Positions 50,940 to 58,634 of a stretch of DNA of 64,000 nt are shown piece after piece. Source of the stretch: an uncultured Candidatus Saccharibacteria bacterium (GTDB taxonomy: Bacteria; Patescibacteriota; Minisyncoccia; Phycocordibacterales; CAIZLB01); contig CAZFNX010000002.1 in assembly GCA_964520195.1 (NCBI GenBank), forward strand, positions 2,884-66,883. Reading direction: 5' to 3'. Both the position numbers and the translations under genes were made by a program. The notes under the pieces were generated by a model that did no database searches, was not told the origin of the DNA, and saw only the letters and a program-made list of their open reading frames with translations. Each line of letters opens with the position of its first letter. The stretch's first letter is position 1.

Positions 50940-53816
50940 CTACTTCAATCTCAACATTGCTCTTGTTTTTGATCCTACTGTACCTGTAACTGGTTTAATA
51001 CCTTTTGCCTTTTGATACTCTATAACCGCTGCTTTTGTCAGAGCACCAAAATACGTACTCACACCATTTTTCGCAAGCTTATCTGCCGCAACCCCTATAT
51101 GTTTTGATACTAGGATTTTTTGTAATTCTTTAACATCATTTCCTTTCATACCCATCTTTAAATCTCTAGTAAATATAAATCCTGTTGTGGTTGTAGATGA
51201 GGATACTGCTGTTGTTACTGGAGTATTTAACAATTCAGCAGATGTGGCTACTTTTATTTTTCCATATATACACAAACTAGCATCACTTGCAGCAAATTCT
51301 TCATAGTTTTGTGCTTGCGGATCTTTACATCCATAGTGAACAGATCCTCCACTTCCTGTTGGGCCTGCAGATATCGTTGTTGCAGCAGAAGCAGGAGCAG
51401 AACCAAACAGTGAAAAGATAGAGAAGTTTGGTGTTGTACATGTAATACTATTTTCAGCAGCATTCACAGAACATGAATCAAGTTGAGACCATACCCCATC
51501 ATGATAGTGATACAAAACAAGTGTAGATTCATCAAGTCCAGCAATATCAGCATCGTTATAGTGATATGTAATAGTTACAGGAACATCAAATGAATCAAGT
51601 GTAGTTGTTGCATTGATAAGAGCTTTTACATCAAACACAATACCTCCTACTCCTGTTAATCCGTTCGGCTTACCTATAGATCCAAGAACAGTATTTTTAT
51701 CAAGAGATTTTATTTGAATAACAATAGATGTTGAAGTACCTGTAAAATTTTCAGGAGTAGTAACAGAGAAATATTTTGATCCTTCAGTTACGTTCAATGT
51801 TGTTGTCGCAGTAGATGTTGAAGAAACAGATCCTGTGACTTTTTCATCAGGAGAAGCTCCAGCAGAACATCCTGTCGTTGTAAAGATAGCTGCATTTGAA
51901 GTACTGTGATTATTATACGCACCAGAAGAATACACCTTAAAGAAATACGTAGTACACGGCAACAGGTCAGAGATAGTCTTCGTATGTTCTGTTACTCGCG
52001 CACCTGTGTCGGTCTCTGTACTTGATACATAAGATCCGTCAACAAGTGAGTACAATACTTTTGTTGATGATGTTGCATCTGTTGTCCATGTTATAGTAGC
52101 ACTTGTATTACCAACAGAAGTTGATATATCTGAGATCACAGGTGCAGGTACAATCTGTTGCCATCGTAGATATGGATAATTATTATTTACCCCCGCAGTA
52201 ACAGCCCAGATAGAATCAAAATCCCATGTATTAAGAGGACTTGTTGTAGTACTCAACATAAACACATCTGCACTCTCAGCTTTTTGAGCAGGTGCTCCAA
52301 AACCATATCCTGAACCTTCAGAGAGATCATTGAACCACCAGTTATTAGACGCATAGTAATCAAATCCATATCCATATCCAACAAATCCTCCAGCAACATC
52401 ACCTGCCATAACACGAGATGTTGTAAATGAATCATATGGACCATCATATCCAGGATACATAACACCACCAAATCCTCCAACATTTGCATACCCATAATAA
52501 GAAGCATATACATCTCCTGTTGAGTAACTACGCTCTATCTGTGATTGGCTGTACCCTATCAATCCTCCTGCGCCGTATCCACCATGAACTTCTCCCGTAG
52601 CATATGAATCATGAATCCATGCAGTACTGTTATAACTCGAACCTGCAAGTCCTCCAGCATATCCGTTATCTGACTGAACTCGACCAGTTGCATATGATCT
52701 ACGTATCTCTTTTTCGTTCGCACCTACAAGTCCCCCTGTATCTCCACTACCATAGACATCTGCAGTAGAGTATGAATCAATAATAGTACTACTATGTGTT
52801 CTAAGTGCGTCAGCATATGGACCATCATAAACACGAGTGTTCCATTCATTGATATATGCAGTATTTTCAGGGGTCATTGGATATGGAGTCATATCTAATG
52901 CATATTTTGTCATACCATGATATGGGAGATAGTCAGCATTTTGACCAAGTACACCAAGATTATCATTTGTTGCATGTTTATATGTCACATCATTGTATAA
53001 AATAAAGCTTCGTTCCATACCAGCTTCAGGTGCAACATATGGAAACTCTACAGACAACTGATCACCATATCTCATGACAACAAAATGATCATCACTTGCA
53101 TTAAGGAGTGGTGTTACATCTCCGTATTTTGTAAAATGACCGTATTGATTTTTAAATAATGTATCAGGAAATGGAGAAACTTTACTGTAATCATGATTCA
53201 TAAAATATGTATGATCGATTGCAGTAAAACCATGATATTGCAGATCTGCAGAATCAGGATGATATGTATGTGTTGTAAATGGAACCTGAGGTGATGTGTC
53301 GATAGCAAAATAGTTTGCATTAAATGTATCAAATGCCACTTTTACTTGATAGTTATTTGACTGAAACTTCCCTGTCAAATCAATAGTTCGTAGTCGTGGA
53401 GATCCATCTGAACCAAGTTGGTTTTTATTGTAAATCTCAACCCAGTTTCCATTTGCATCTTTTACCTGAACAGAACGAGCAGAGTTTCCAGGATACTCCG
53501 CACTTGCTGCATAGTCTCGAGCTCCTCGCAAAACAAGCTCTATACTACCTGTTGCGTCAGAAAGATCGCCGAAATCAAGTATCCAATATTTTTTAAGATT
53601 CTTTCTATCGTATACACCCTTCTCATTTTTATAACTCCATGCATCATCATATGACCGGAGATTTTCCAAACAATCACTTCCAGTATCATCAACACAAGAA
53701 ACAAGTGGATGTGTTGGAGTGTTACTTACAGTTCGAAGATCCGCTATGCTCGCAGTTCTATCCAAAGGTTCTACAACAGAATATCCAGGTTGATGATCAA
53801 ATGTCATGAGCGCCAT
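50940..53816 (-). CDS. Large GLUG-motif / FN3 / peptidoglycan-binding surface protein, distal 958-aa segment (in frame with 53817..54644 across a single TAG)
   Basis: GLUG-type repeats (GGLVG..., GGLAG..., GGLIG...), an FN3-like segment (ISTSVGNTSATITW...YFFKVY), and a C-terminal PG_binding_1-like domain (VKELQKILVSKHIGVAADKLAKNGVSTYFGALTKAAVIEYQKAKGI). No signal peptide of its own. Confidence 0.6.
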   Translation of the reverse strand: MALMTFDHQPGYSVVEPLDRTASIADLRTVSNTPTHPLVSCVDDTGSDCLENLRSYDDAWSYKNEKGVYDRKNLKKYWILDFGDLSDATGSIELVLRGARDYAASAEYPGNSARSVQVKDANGNWVEIYNKNQLGSDGSPRLRTIDLTGKFQSNNYQVKVAFDTFNANYFAIDTSPQVPFTTHTYHPDSADLQYHGFTAIDHTYFMNHDYSKVSPFPDTLFKNQYGHFTKYGDVTPLLNASDDHFVVMRYGDQLSVEFPYVAPEAGMERSFILYNDVTYKHATNDNLGVLGQNADYLPYHGMTKYALDMTPYPMTPENTAYINEWNTRVYDGPYADALRTHSSTIIDSYSTADVYGSGDTGGLVGANEKEIRRSYATGRVQSDNGYAGGLAGSSYNSTAWIHDSYATGEVHGGYGAGGLIGYSQSQIERSYSTGDVYASYYGYANVGGFGGVMYPGYDGPYDSFTTSRVMAGDVAGGFVGYGYGFDYYASNNWWFNDLSEGSGYGFGAPAQKAESADVFMLSTTTSPLNTWDFDSIWAVTAGVNNNYPYLRWQQIVPAPVISDISTSVGNTSATITWTTDATSSTKVLYSLVDGSYVSSTETDTGARVTEHTKTISDLLPCTTYFFKVYSSGAYNNHSTSNAAIFTTTGCSAGASPDEKVTGSVSSTSTATTTLNVTEGSKYFSVTTPENFTGTSTSIVIQIKSLDKNTVLGSIGKPNGLTGVGGIVFDVKALINATTTLDSFDVPVTITYHYNDADIAGLDESTLVLYHYHDGVWSQLDSCSVNAAENSITCTTPNFSIFSLFGSAPASAATTISAGPTGSGGSVHYGCKDPQAQNYEEFAASDASLCIYGKIKVATSAELLNTPVTTAVSSSTTTTGFIFTRDLKMGMKGNDVKELQKILVSKHIGVAADKLAKNGVSTYFGALTKAAVIEYQKAKGIKPVTGTVGSKTRAMLRLK

Positions 53817-54644
53817 CTAATCATAATACACAACTTCGTTATACTCTTCTGCAACTTTAAAAGAGTATTTTCCATCTTTTGGAACAACAACAGAAGAGTC
53901 GATCTGAGCCAAATCCTCCCCGTCTAGTTCTTTTGGAAGAATAGAACCTACGTCATCAGTATATGTATATTTTTCTCCATCCCATGAGTATACAAGCGGA
54001 CTTGAGTTTGGAAAGTTATCAGCATTAACATGAACTCCTACCAAGCCTCCAACTCTGTGCAATCCATGAACAACTCCTGTACTGTATACATTTATTACTG
54101 TACCAGAAAGACCTCCGGCAAGGGCACCAACATTGTTTGCACCTCCTGTAATATCAACATTTTCCAAACCTAGATTTTTTACTTCTGCACCTACAGCAAT
54201 AGTTCCAAACAATCCCACATAATACCCTGTTACATCAGTACTACTGTTTGTACCTCTATTAATATACAAATTTGTTATTTTATAATTTTGTCCATCAAGA
54301 GATCCTGTAAAGTTTGCATAGCTAAAACCTTGCCACACATACTGGCCAATAAGACTTACTCCTCCGATAGGATCAAATCCTTTTCCATCTGACCATATAC
54401 TCGCACCATTTGCTGGGTCTTCTGGATTTGTAGCAGAACAATCAATGTCGTTACCTAATACATAATATGCATTTAAATCTCCATCTATCTGTTGCAACTG
54501 TTCACAAGTTGTAATCACATACGGATCTAACTCAACCCCTGTACCTGTTCCTGTAAATCCATCAGCATGCACTTCTTGTGTAAACTTATTTGTAATACAA
54601 AAACTAGAGATTAAGATAAATACTATGATTAAAAATTTTTTCAT
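53817..54644 (-). CDS. Signal-peptide-bearing GLUG-motif protein, proximal 275-aa segment of the same reading frame
   Basis: MKKFLIIVFILISSFCITN signal peptide, GLUG-like motifs (GALAGGLSG, GGLVGVHV). Ends in a TAG at 53817-53819, immediately followed in frame by the ATG of the 958-aa ORF. Confidence 0.6.
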   Translation of the reverse strand: MKKFLIIVFILISSFCITNKFTQEVHADGFTGTGTGVELDPYVITTCEQLQQIDGDLNAYYVLGNDIDCSATNPEDPANGASIWSDGKGFDPIGGVSLIGQYVWQGFSYANFTGSLDGQNYKITNLYINRGTNSSTDVTGYYVGLFGTIAVGAEVKNLGLENVDITGGANNVGALAGGLSGTVINVYSTGVVHGLHRVGGLVGVHVNADNFPNSSPLVYSWDGEKYTYTDDVGSILPKELDGEDLAQIDSSVVVPKDGKYSFKVAEEYNEVVYYD

Positions 54645-54737
54645 TGATATATGTTTATATGTATAATACTCATAAGTATATCAATAAAATATTTTCTCTC
54701 CTAAGACAAAGATATCCACATATGCTATGCTCTCGAT

Positions 54738-55307
54738 ATGCATATAACTTCAGCAACATTTGCACGTGGTGTAACCAATGATCTCAACCTTATACGAGAC
54801 AAACTTCCTCAAGTAGCTTTTGTTGGGCGTTCAAACGTCGGCAAATCTTCAGTCATCAACTCACTTGTTGGAAGAAAAGACCTTGCACGATCTAGCTCCA
54901 CTCCTGGTTTTACAAAAGAGGCAAACTTTTTTCTTATAAATGAAAACACGTACATTGTAGATCTTCCAGGATACGGTTTTGCAAAAGGATCAAAAGTTAT
55001 ACAGGAAAAAATACTCCACCTCATACAATGGTATATATTTCATCCAGAAATAGTTCAGAAAAAAATAGTAGTCATACTCGATGCAAAAGTAGGCCCATCA
55101 TATGATGACATTAACACCATTCGAGAACTCGAAAAACATGGAAAAGATATTGTCCTTGTTGTAAACAAAGTAGATAAGGTCAATCAAAAAGAATTAGCAG
55201 CAACCATGAAAGTAATCAACGAGAATGCTGGTGGACACACTGTTATACCCTACTCAGCAGAGAAAAAGATTGGAGTTCTAAAATTGAGAGAGGTGGTGTT
55301 TGGGTAG
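54738..55307 (+). CDS. engB: Ribosome-biogenesis GTPase YihA/EngB
   Basis: G1 motif GRSNVGKSS, G3 DLPGYG, G4 NKVD. 189 aa. Confidence 0.85.
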   Translation: MHITSATFARGVTNDLNLIRDKLPQVAFVGRSNVGKSSVINSLVGRKDLARSSSTPGFTKEANFFLINENTYIVDLPGYGFAKGSKVIQEKILHLIQWYIFHPEIVQKKIVVILDAKVGPSYDDINTIRELEKHGKDIVLVVNKVDKVNQKELAATMKVINENAGGHTVIPYSAEKKIGVLKLREVVFG

Positions 55308-55484
55308 TTACTCTGTGTACGTATTTTTAATAGTAATGCCATGTTCTAAAATAAGTTTTTTGTAACACACTACACAGATGTGATACTTAATAACCTGAGA
55401 ATCTTTAGATGGTGGACTTAAAAGAATAGCTCCATAGTCTGTCAAAGGTTTTGAACACATGTCGCATGTTGGATGGATTGCCAT
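55308..55484 (-). CDS. Small (58 aa) zinc-ribbon protein (not in ORF track)
   Basis: Reverse translation gives MAIHPTCDMCSKPLTDYGAILLSPPSKDSQVIKYHICVVCYKKLILEHGITIKNTYTE, with CxxC...CxxC spacing typical of Zn-ribbons. Confidence 0.4.
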   Translation of the reverse strand: MAIHPTCDMCSKPLTDYGAILLSPPSKDSQVIKYHICVVCYKKLILEHGITIKNTYTE

Positions 55485-55531
55485 GGAGTGATTATACTAT
55501 ATTTTCTGTTCAGAGGATCTATGAAATGTTT

Positions 55532-56059
55532 TCAGTGTATGACATATACCGGATGATTATTGACATCAAAACCAATTTGCCTGCCCCCTGCTTTCTTAAG
55601 AAGAGCCTCACCTCCATCACTCCACGCTATACCATATATTTTTTCATACACATATGCATGGGATGCAAAATAATTCCTAGCAAAAGTGATAATATCCATC
55701 GCAATTCCTCTTCTTTGATGTGATGGCTTCACTACAGCTCCTACTATATAGAAAACTGTCAAAACATTCGGCTTAGGATTGGTTTCAAGTAGTCCTAGAA
55801 GTTTTGTATCATCGATAGTCCCATCGAGCACTTTTTTCTCTCCCTCTTGATTTATTGCATAGATTGATACATATCCGACTATATGCCCATTGTCCTCTGC
55901 AATAAATTTAAAGTCGGCACCTTTACATGCTGACCAGTAATCTATAGACCCCATATTTTCGGTAGTTGCACCTGGAATATATTGCAAATCAAGATCGACA
56001 AGCTCATGAATAATAGCTTGCTCATGCGGATCGTCGTGGATACATCTTATTGATAGCAT
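55532..56059 (-). CDS. GNAT-family N-acetyltransferase
   Basis: Motif A region VVKPSHQRRGIAMDII (Q/RxxGxG/A) within a ~170-aa acetyltransferase fold. Confidence 0.7.
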   Translation of the reverse strand: MLSIRCIHDDPHEQAIIHELVDLDLQYIPGATTENMGSIDYWSACKGADFKFIAEDNGHIVGYVSIYAINQEGEKKVLDGTIDDTKLLGLLETNPKPNVLTVFYIVGAVVKPSHQRRGIAMDIITFARNYFASHAYVYEKIYGIAWSDGGEALLKKAGGRQIGFDVNNHPVYVIH

Positions 56060-56074
56060 ACTGTGATGAATGTA

Positions 56075-56746
56075 TTAATTATGTACATCGAAGACAATTA
56101 ACATATCAGTCGATTGGTCATACAGCACATTATCAAAATGAAAATCTTGAAAATTATGAGCTTCCATGATGTCATCTATTACTTTATATCGTTTCAATAA
56201 ATTATTTCTTTTCTCTAAACTCTCCGCATCCACCTTTGCATAGAGAGCTGTAAGATACTCACCTAGGATAACACCGTCTCTCCATTTTGAAACAAAATAT
56301 GTCCTGTCTGTATCTTGATAGCCTAACTGAAAGTCAATCACTTCTACTCCTTCTATCCCTTTAAGTAGCTTCGCTGCATTCTCAAGAGATTTAAATTCTT
56401 CCGCACCACGACCTGTGCCATCTGATAGGCCTGGGACATCTTTTATAAAAAAAGATTCTTTATCAACTTGAGCTTTGAAATATATAGCCTTTCCTACAGG
56501 CTCTCCTTCAGATACACCCTCTCCTGCAGATCCAATGACTTTTAATTTTAAATCACCTTCTTCAAATATATCTCCATACATAAGTCGTTTTGTTTCTTTT
56601 GCCTCATTGATTTTATTCATGAGTGAATGAAAAGAACCAATGATACCACGATGTTTTCCAATCATTTCTTTAAAGGAAACTGAATGAACCAGTTCAGGAG
56701 ACACTGAGAGGGTTTCTAGATTTCGCATATACAGTAAGTATACCAC
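56075..56746 (-). CDS. Hypothetical protein (possible small-molecule kinase-like fold)
   Basis: C-terminal HFDNVLYD...LIVFDVHN resembles the catalytic-loop / DFG-equivalent segments of APH-type kinases. This resemblance is weak. Confidence 0.35.
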   Translation of the reverse strand: MVYLLYMRNLETLSVSPELVHSVSFKEMIGKHRGIIGSFHSLMNKINEAKETKRLMYGDIFEEGDLKLKVIGSAGEGVSEGEPVGKAIYFKAQVDKESFFIKDVPGLSDGTGRGAEEFKSLENAAKLLKGIEGVEVIDFQLGYQDTDRTYFVSKWRDGVILGEYLTALYAKVDAESLEKRNNLLKRYKVIDDIMEAHNFQDFHFDNVLYDQSTDMLIVFDVHN

Positions 56747-56764
56747 GCGTGATATACTTACTGT

Positions 56765-57277
56765 ATGCCTGTTTTATGTCATATCGCCGGACCGTCAGGG
56801 AGTGGAAAGACAACCATTCTTGCAAAAATACAGAAGCTTTACCCAACAATAATCACCAAAGATCTGGATGATTTTGACGATGAGGCATCAGCCATATTGA
56901 AACTTGATTCTGTGCAGAAAAAACACTGGAATGACACTGATCTTTTACACCTTGCAAAGTTGCGACAGAAATTAATGGATGAATTTCTTAGGTTACACAA
57001 GGAAGATACGGTAGTCTTTGCAGGATTTCATACTGAAGATTCCCATATATTACATATTCCTACACAAAATAGATTTCTGCTTGATACAGATGCGAAAACG
57101 AGTGCAACAAGAGCTTTCGAACGCAGTCAGAATGAGAGAATTGAACACAGAAGAAAAATAGAGGATTTGGAATTAGATATTCAAGATGCACAGAAAGAGA
57201 TTGATTTTCTAATGAGTCAGGGGTATGTGAAAATATCGAGTGAAGATATATTAAATTTTATTGAGGAAAATATGTAG
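56765..57277 (+). CDS. P-loop NTPase (nucleoside/nucleotide kinase-like)
   Basis: Walker A HIAGPSGSGKTT at the N-terminus. 170 aa. Divergent from the 56075 gene, with 18 bp between start codons. Confidence 0.55.
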   Translation: MPVLCHIAGPSGSGKTTILAKIQKLYPTIITKDLDDFDDEASAILKLDSVQKKHWNDTDLLHLAKLRQKLMDEFLRLHKEDTVVFAGFHTEDSHILHIPTQNRFLLDTDAKTSATRAFERSQNERIEHRRKIEDLELDIQDAQKEIDFLMSQGYVKISSEDILNFIEENM

Positions 57278-57296
57278 AGCTTGGGCACCCAAGAAA

Positions 57297-57331
57297 GTTA
57301 CCCCCTCTCGTGCTAGCTCGAATTGGCGGGC
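57297..57331. repeat. Direct repeat copy A (35 nt), followed by a tRNA-3'-end-like sequence
   Basis: GTTACCCCCTCTCGTGCTAGCTCGAATTGGCGGGC. A near-identical copy lies at 57943..57976. The flank GCGGGCGCATTCGTGCTAGAACC resembles the tRNA-Trp 3' region. Confidence 0.5.
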
Positions 57332-57451
57332 GCATTCGTGCTAGAACCCCAGCATGTTAAGACCTGTAAGGTCGGTTTGTAATGATTTGAGTGTAGCATA
57401 TCGACCCTACTCGTGCAGACTGGAAAATTATAAATCCATCTACATATTCTA

Positions 57452-57901
57452 CTAATTTGAGAAACTAGAAATACTCCACGTATTCACAACCGAAACTGCT
57501 TTAACCTTCTTTCTCGCCTCAGGCTTTATAAATTTTTGTCCTGGAGCATCAGTCTCCACGATTGAATACTGAATTTCAAATCGTCTACCATTTTCAGGAT
57601 TATTGAAATAAATTCCAGAACGAGAGCCTGAAGCATTCAAAGACCATGACTCTTGTAGATCATCTGGTAATACATACACCCCTTCAGGAAATTTCTTTAG
57701 TTCTTCAATTGCATCTGCCGATGATTCAGTTGTCAGCACCGCATTACCCCATTCAGTAAAACCTGGAATACTTCGTTTTAACATTTCCACCACAGGTCTC
57801 CTTTGCTCACTTTCAAAATCTTCATTTTCATTACCAGCTTGTGCCTGGCGCAATGCTTCGTTTGCAGATTTACTAAATGTTGGTTTTTCCATAATAAACA
57901 T
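57452..57901 (-). CDS. Hypothetical protein (149 aa) bracketed by the two direct repeats
   Basis: Intact ORF with no recognisable domain. Occupies the position where secE-nusG-like genes would be expected next to rpmG/tRNA-Trp. Confidence 0.4.
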   Translation of the reverse strand: MFIMEKPTFSKSANEALRQAQAGNENEDFESEQRRPVVEMLKRSIPGFTEWGNAVLTTESSADAIEELKKFPEGVYVLPDDLQESWSLNASGSRSGIYFNNPENGRRFEIQYSIVETDAPGQKFIKPEARKKVKAVSVVNTWSISSFSN

Positions 57902-57942
57902 ATTATAACAAACTCTAAAGTAATATTCTAACGCACGAGACG

Positions 57943-57990
57943 GTTACCCCTCTCGTGCTAGCTCGAATTGGCGGGCCCACTAGGACTCGA
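57943..57990. repeat. Direct repeat copy B (34 nt) fused to a 20-nt duplicate of the tRNA-Trp 3' end
   Basis: GTTACCCCTCTCGTGCTAGCTCGAATTGGCGGGC followed by CCCACTAGGACTCGA. Its last 6 nt GCGGGC plus that stretch give a 20-nt run (57971..57990) identical to 58115..58134 of the intact tRNA-Trp. Confidence 0.55.
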
Positions 57991-58069
57991 CCGTTACACG
58001 GTCAGTACACCTTTGCGGTTTTATTCGGAGCAAAGCTCCTCAAAAACATCGCAAAGCTTTTCGAGTCCG

Positions 58070-58088
58070 AAAAATCCTAAGGATTTTT
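58070..58088 (-). terminator. Palindromic terminator downstream of tRNA-Trp
   Basis: AAAAATCC-taa-GGATTTTT. Confidence 0.45.
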
Positions 58089-58114
58089 CAGCTCTATAAC
58101 ATTCTGATGTTTTG

Positions 58115-58186
58115 CGGGCCCACTAGGACTCGAACCTAGAACCTCGCGTTTGGAGTGCGATGTTTTACCATTGAAACTATGGACCC
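58115..58186 (-). tRNA. tRNA-Trp (anticodon CCA)
   Basis: The reverse complement GGGTCCATAGTTTCAATGGTAAAACATCGCACTCCAAACGCGAGGTTCTAGGTTCGAGTCCTAGTGGGCCCG gives anticodon loop CTCCAAA and T-arm CTAGG-TTCGAGT-CCTAG. Confidence 0.8.
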
Positions 58187-58193
58187 ATATACA

Positions 58194-58229
58194 AAAAACT
58201 GTACATACACGAGTGTAGCACAGTTTTTT
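58194..58229. terminator. Rho-independent terminator downstream of rpmG
   Basis: AAAAAACTGTACATACACGAGTGTAGCACAGTTTTTT: a nested stem flanked by A- and T-runs. Confidence 0.5.
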
Positions 58230-58252
58230 GTCTTTGTCTTTTCAGGAGAAAT

Positions 58253-58426
58253 TATTTCTTTGTCTCTTCAAAAACCTCTCGTTTTCGAGTTACTTTACTA
58301 TACTTCTTAAGTTTAAGCTTTGGCATAGTAGAAGACCCAGCCTTACCTGACTTGTGTATGTAAATAATTTCTTTTGTTTTTTTATTTTTTAGTTTAACTA
58401 ATTTTTTCTGTGGCATATGTTTTTAT
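58253..58426 (-). CDS. rpmG: 50S ribosomal protein L33
   Basis: Reverse translation gives MPQKKLVKLKNKKTKEIIYIHKSGKAGSSTMPKLKLKKYSKVTRKREVFEETKK, the L33 pattern (KLxLKKYxxxxRKHxxxKExK). Not in the ORF track because it is under 60 aa. Confidence 0.75.
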
Positions 58427-58440
58427 TACTTTAAATTTGT

Positions 58441-58526
58441 TGGTGCGCAGAGTAGGATTTGAACCTACGTAGCCCGAAGGCGTCTGATTTACAGTCAGAT
58501 GCGATTGACCACTCCGCCATCTGCGC
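58441..58526 (-). tRNA. tRNA-Tyr (anticodon GTA), long variable arm, encoded CCA
   Basis: Reverse complement ...TCTGA-CTGTAAA-TCAGA... with variable arm CGCCTTCGGGCTACG, T-arm GGTTCAAATCC, ending GCGCACCA. Confidence 0.85.
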
Positions 58527-58634
58527 ATACTGTGTATAGGTCCTTATAATACACTATTTTACAGAAAAAACAATGGCTTTTTAGAAATAGAAAAAGAGGC
58601 CTCACGAGACCTCTCTATCTATAATCTATATGTC

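Noticed and set aside
57285-57450. Possible additional tRNA or tmRNA fragment after repeat copy A (…GCGCCCGCCA on the minus strand)
   Set aside because: No T-arm (GGTTCGA-like) or cloverleaf can be built. It is interpreted as a degenerate att/tRNA-3' remnant only.
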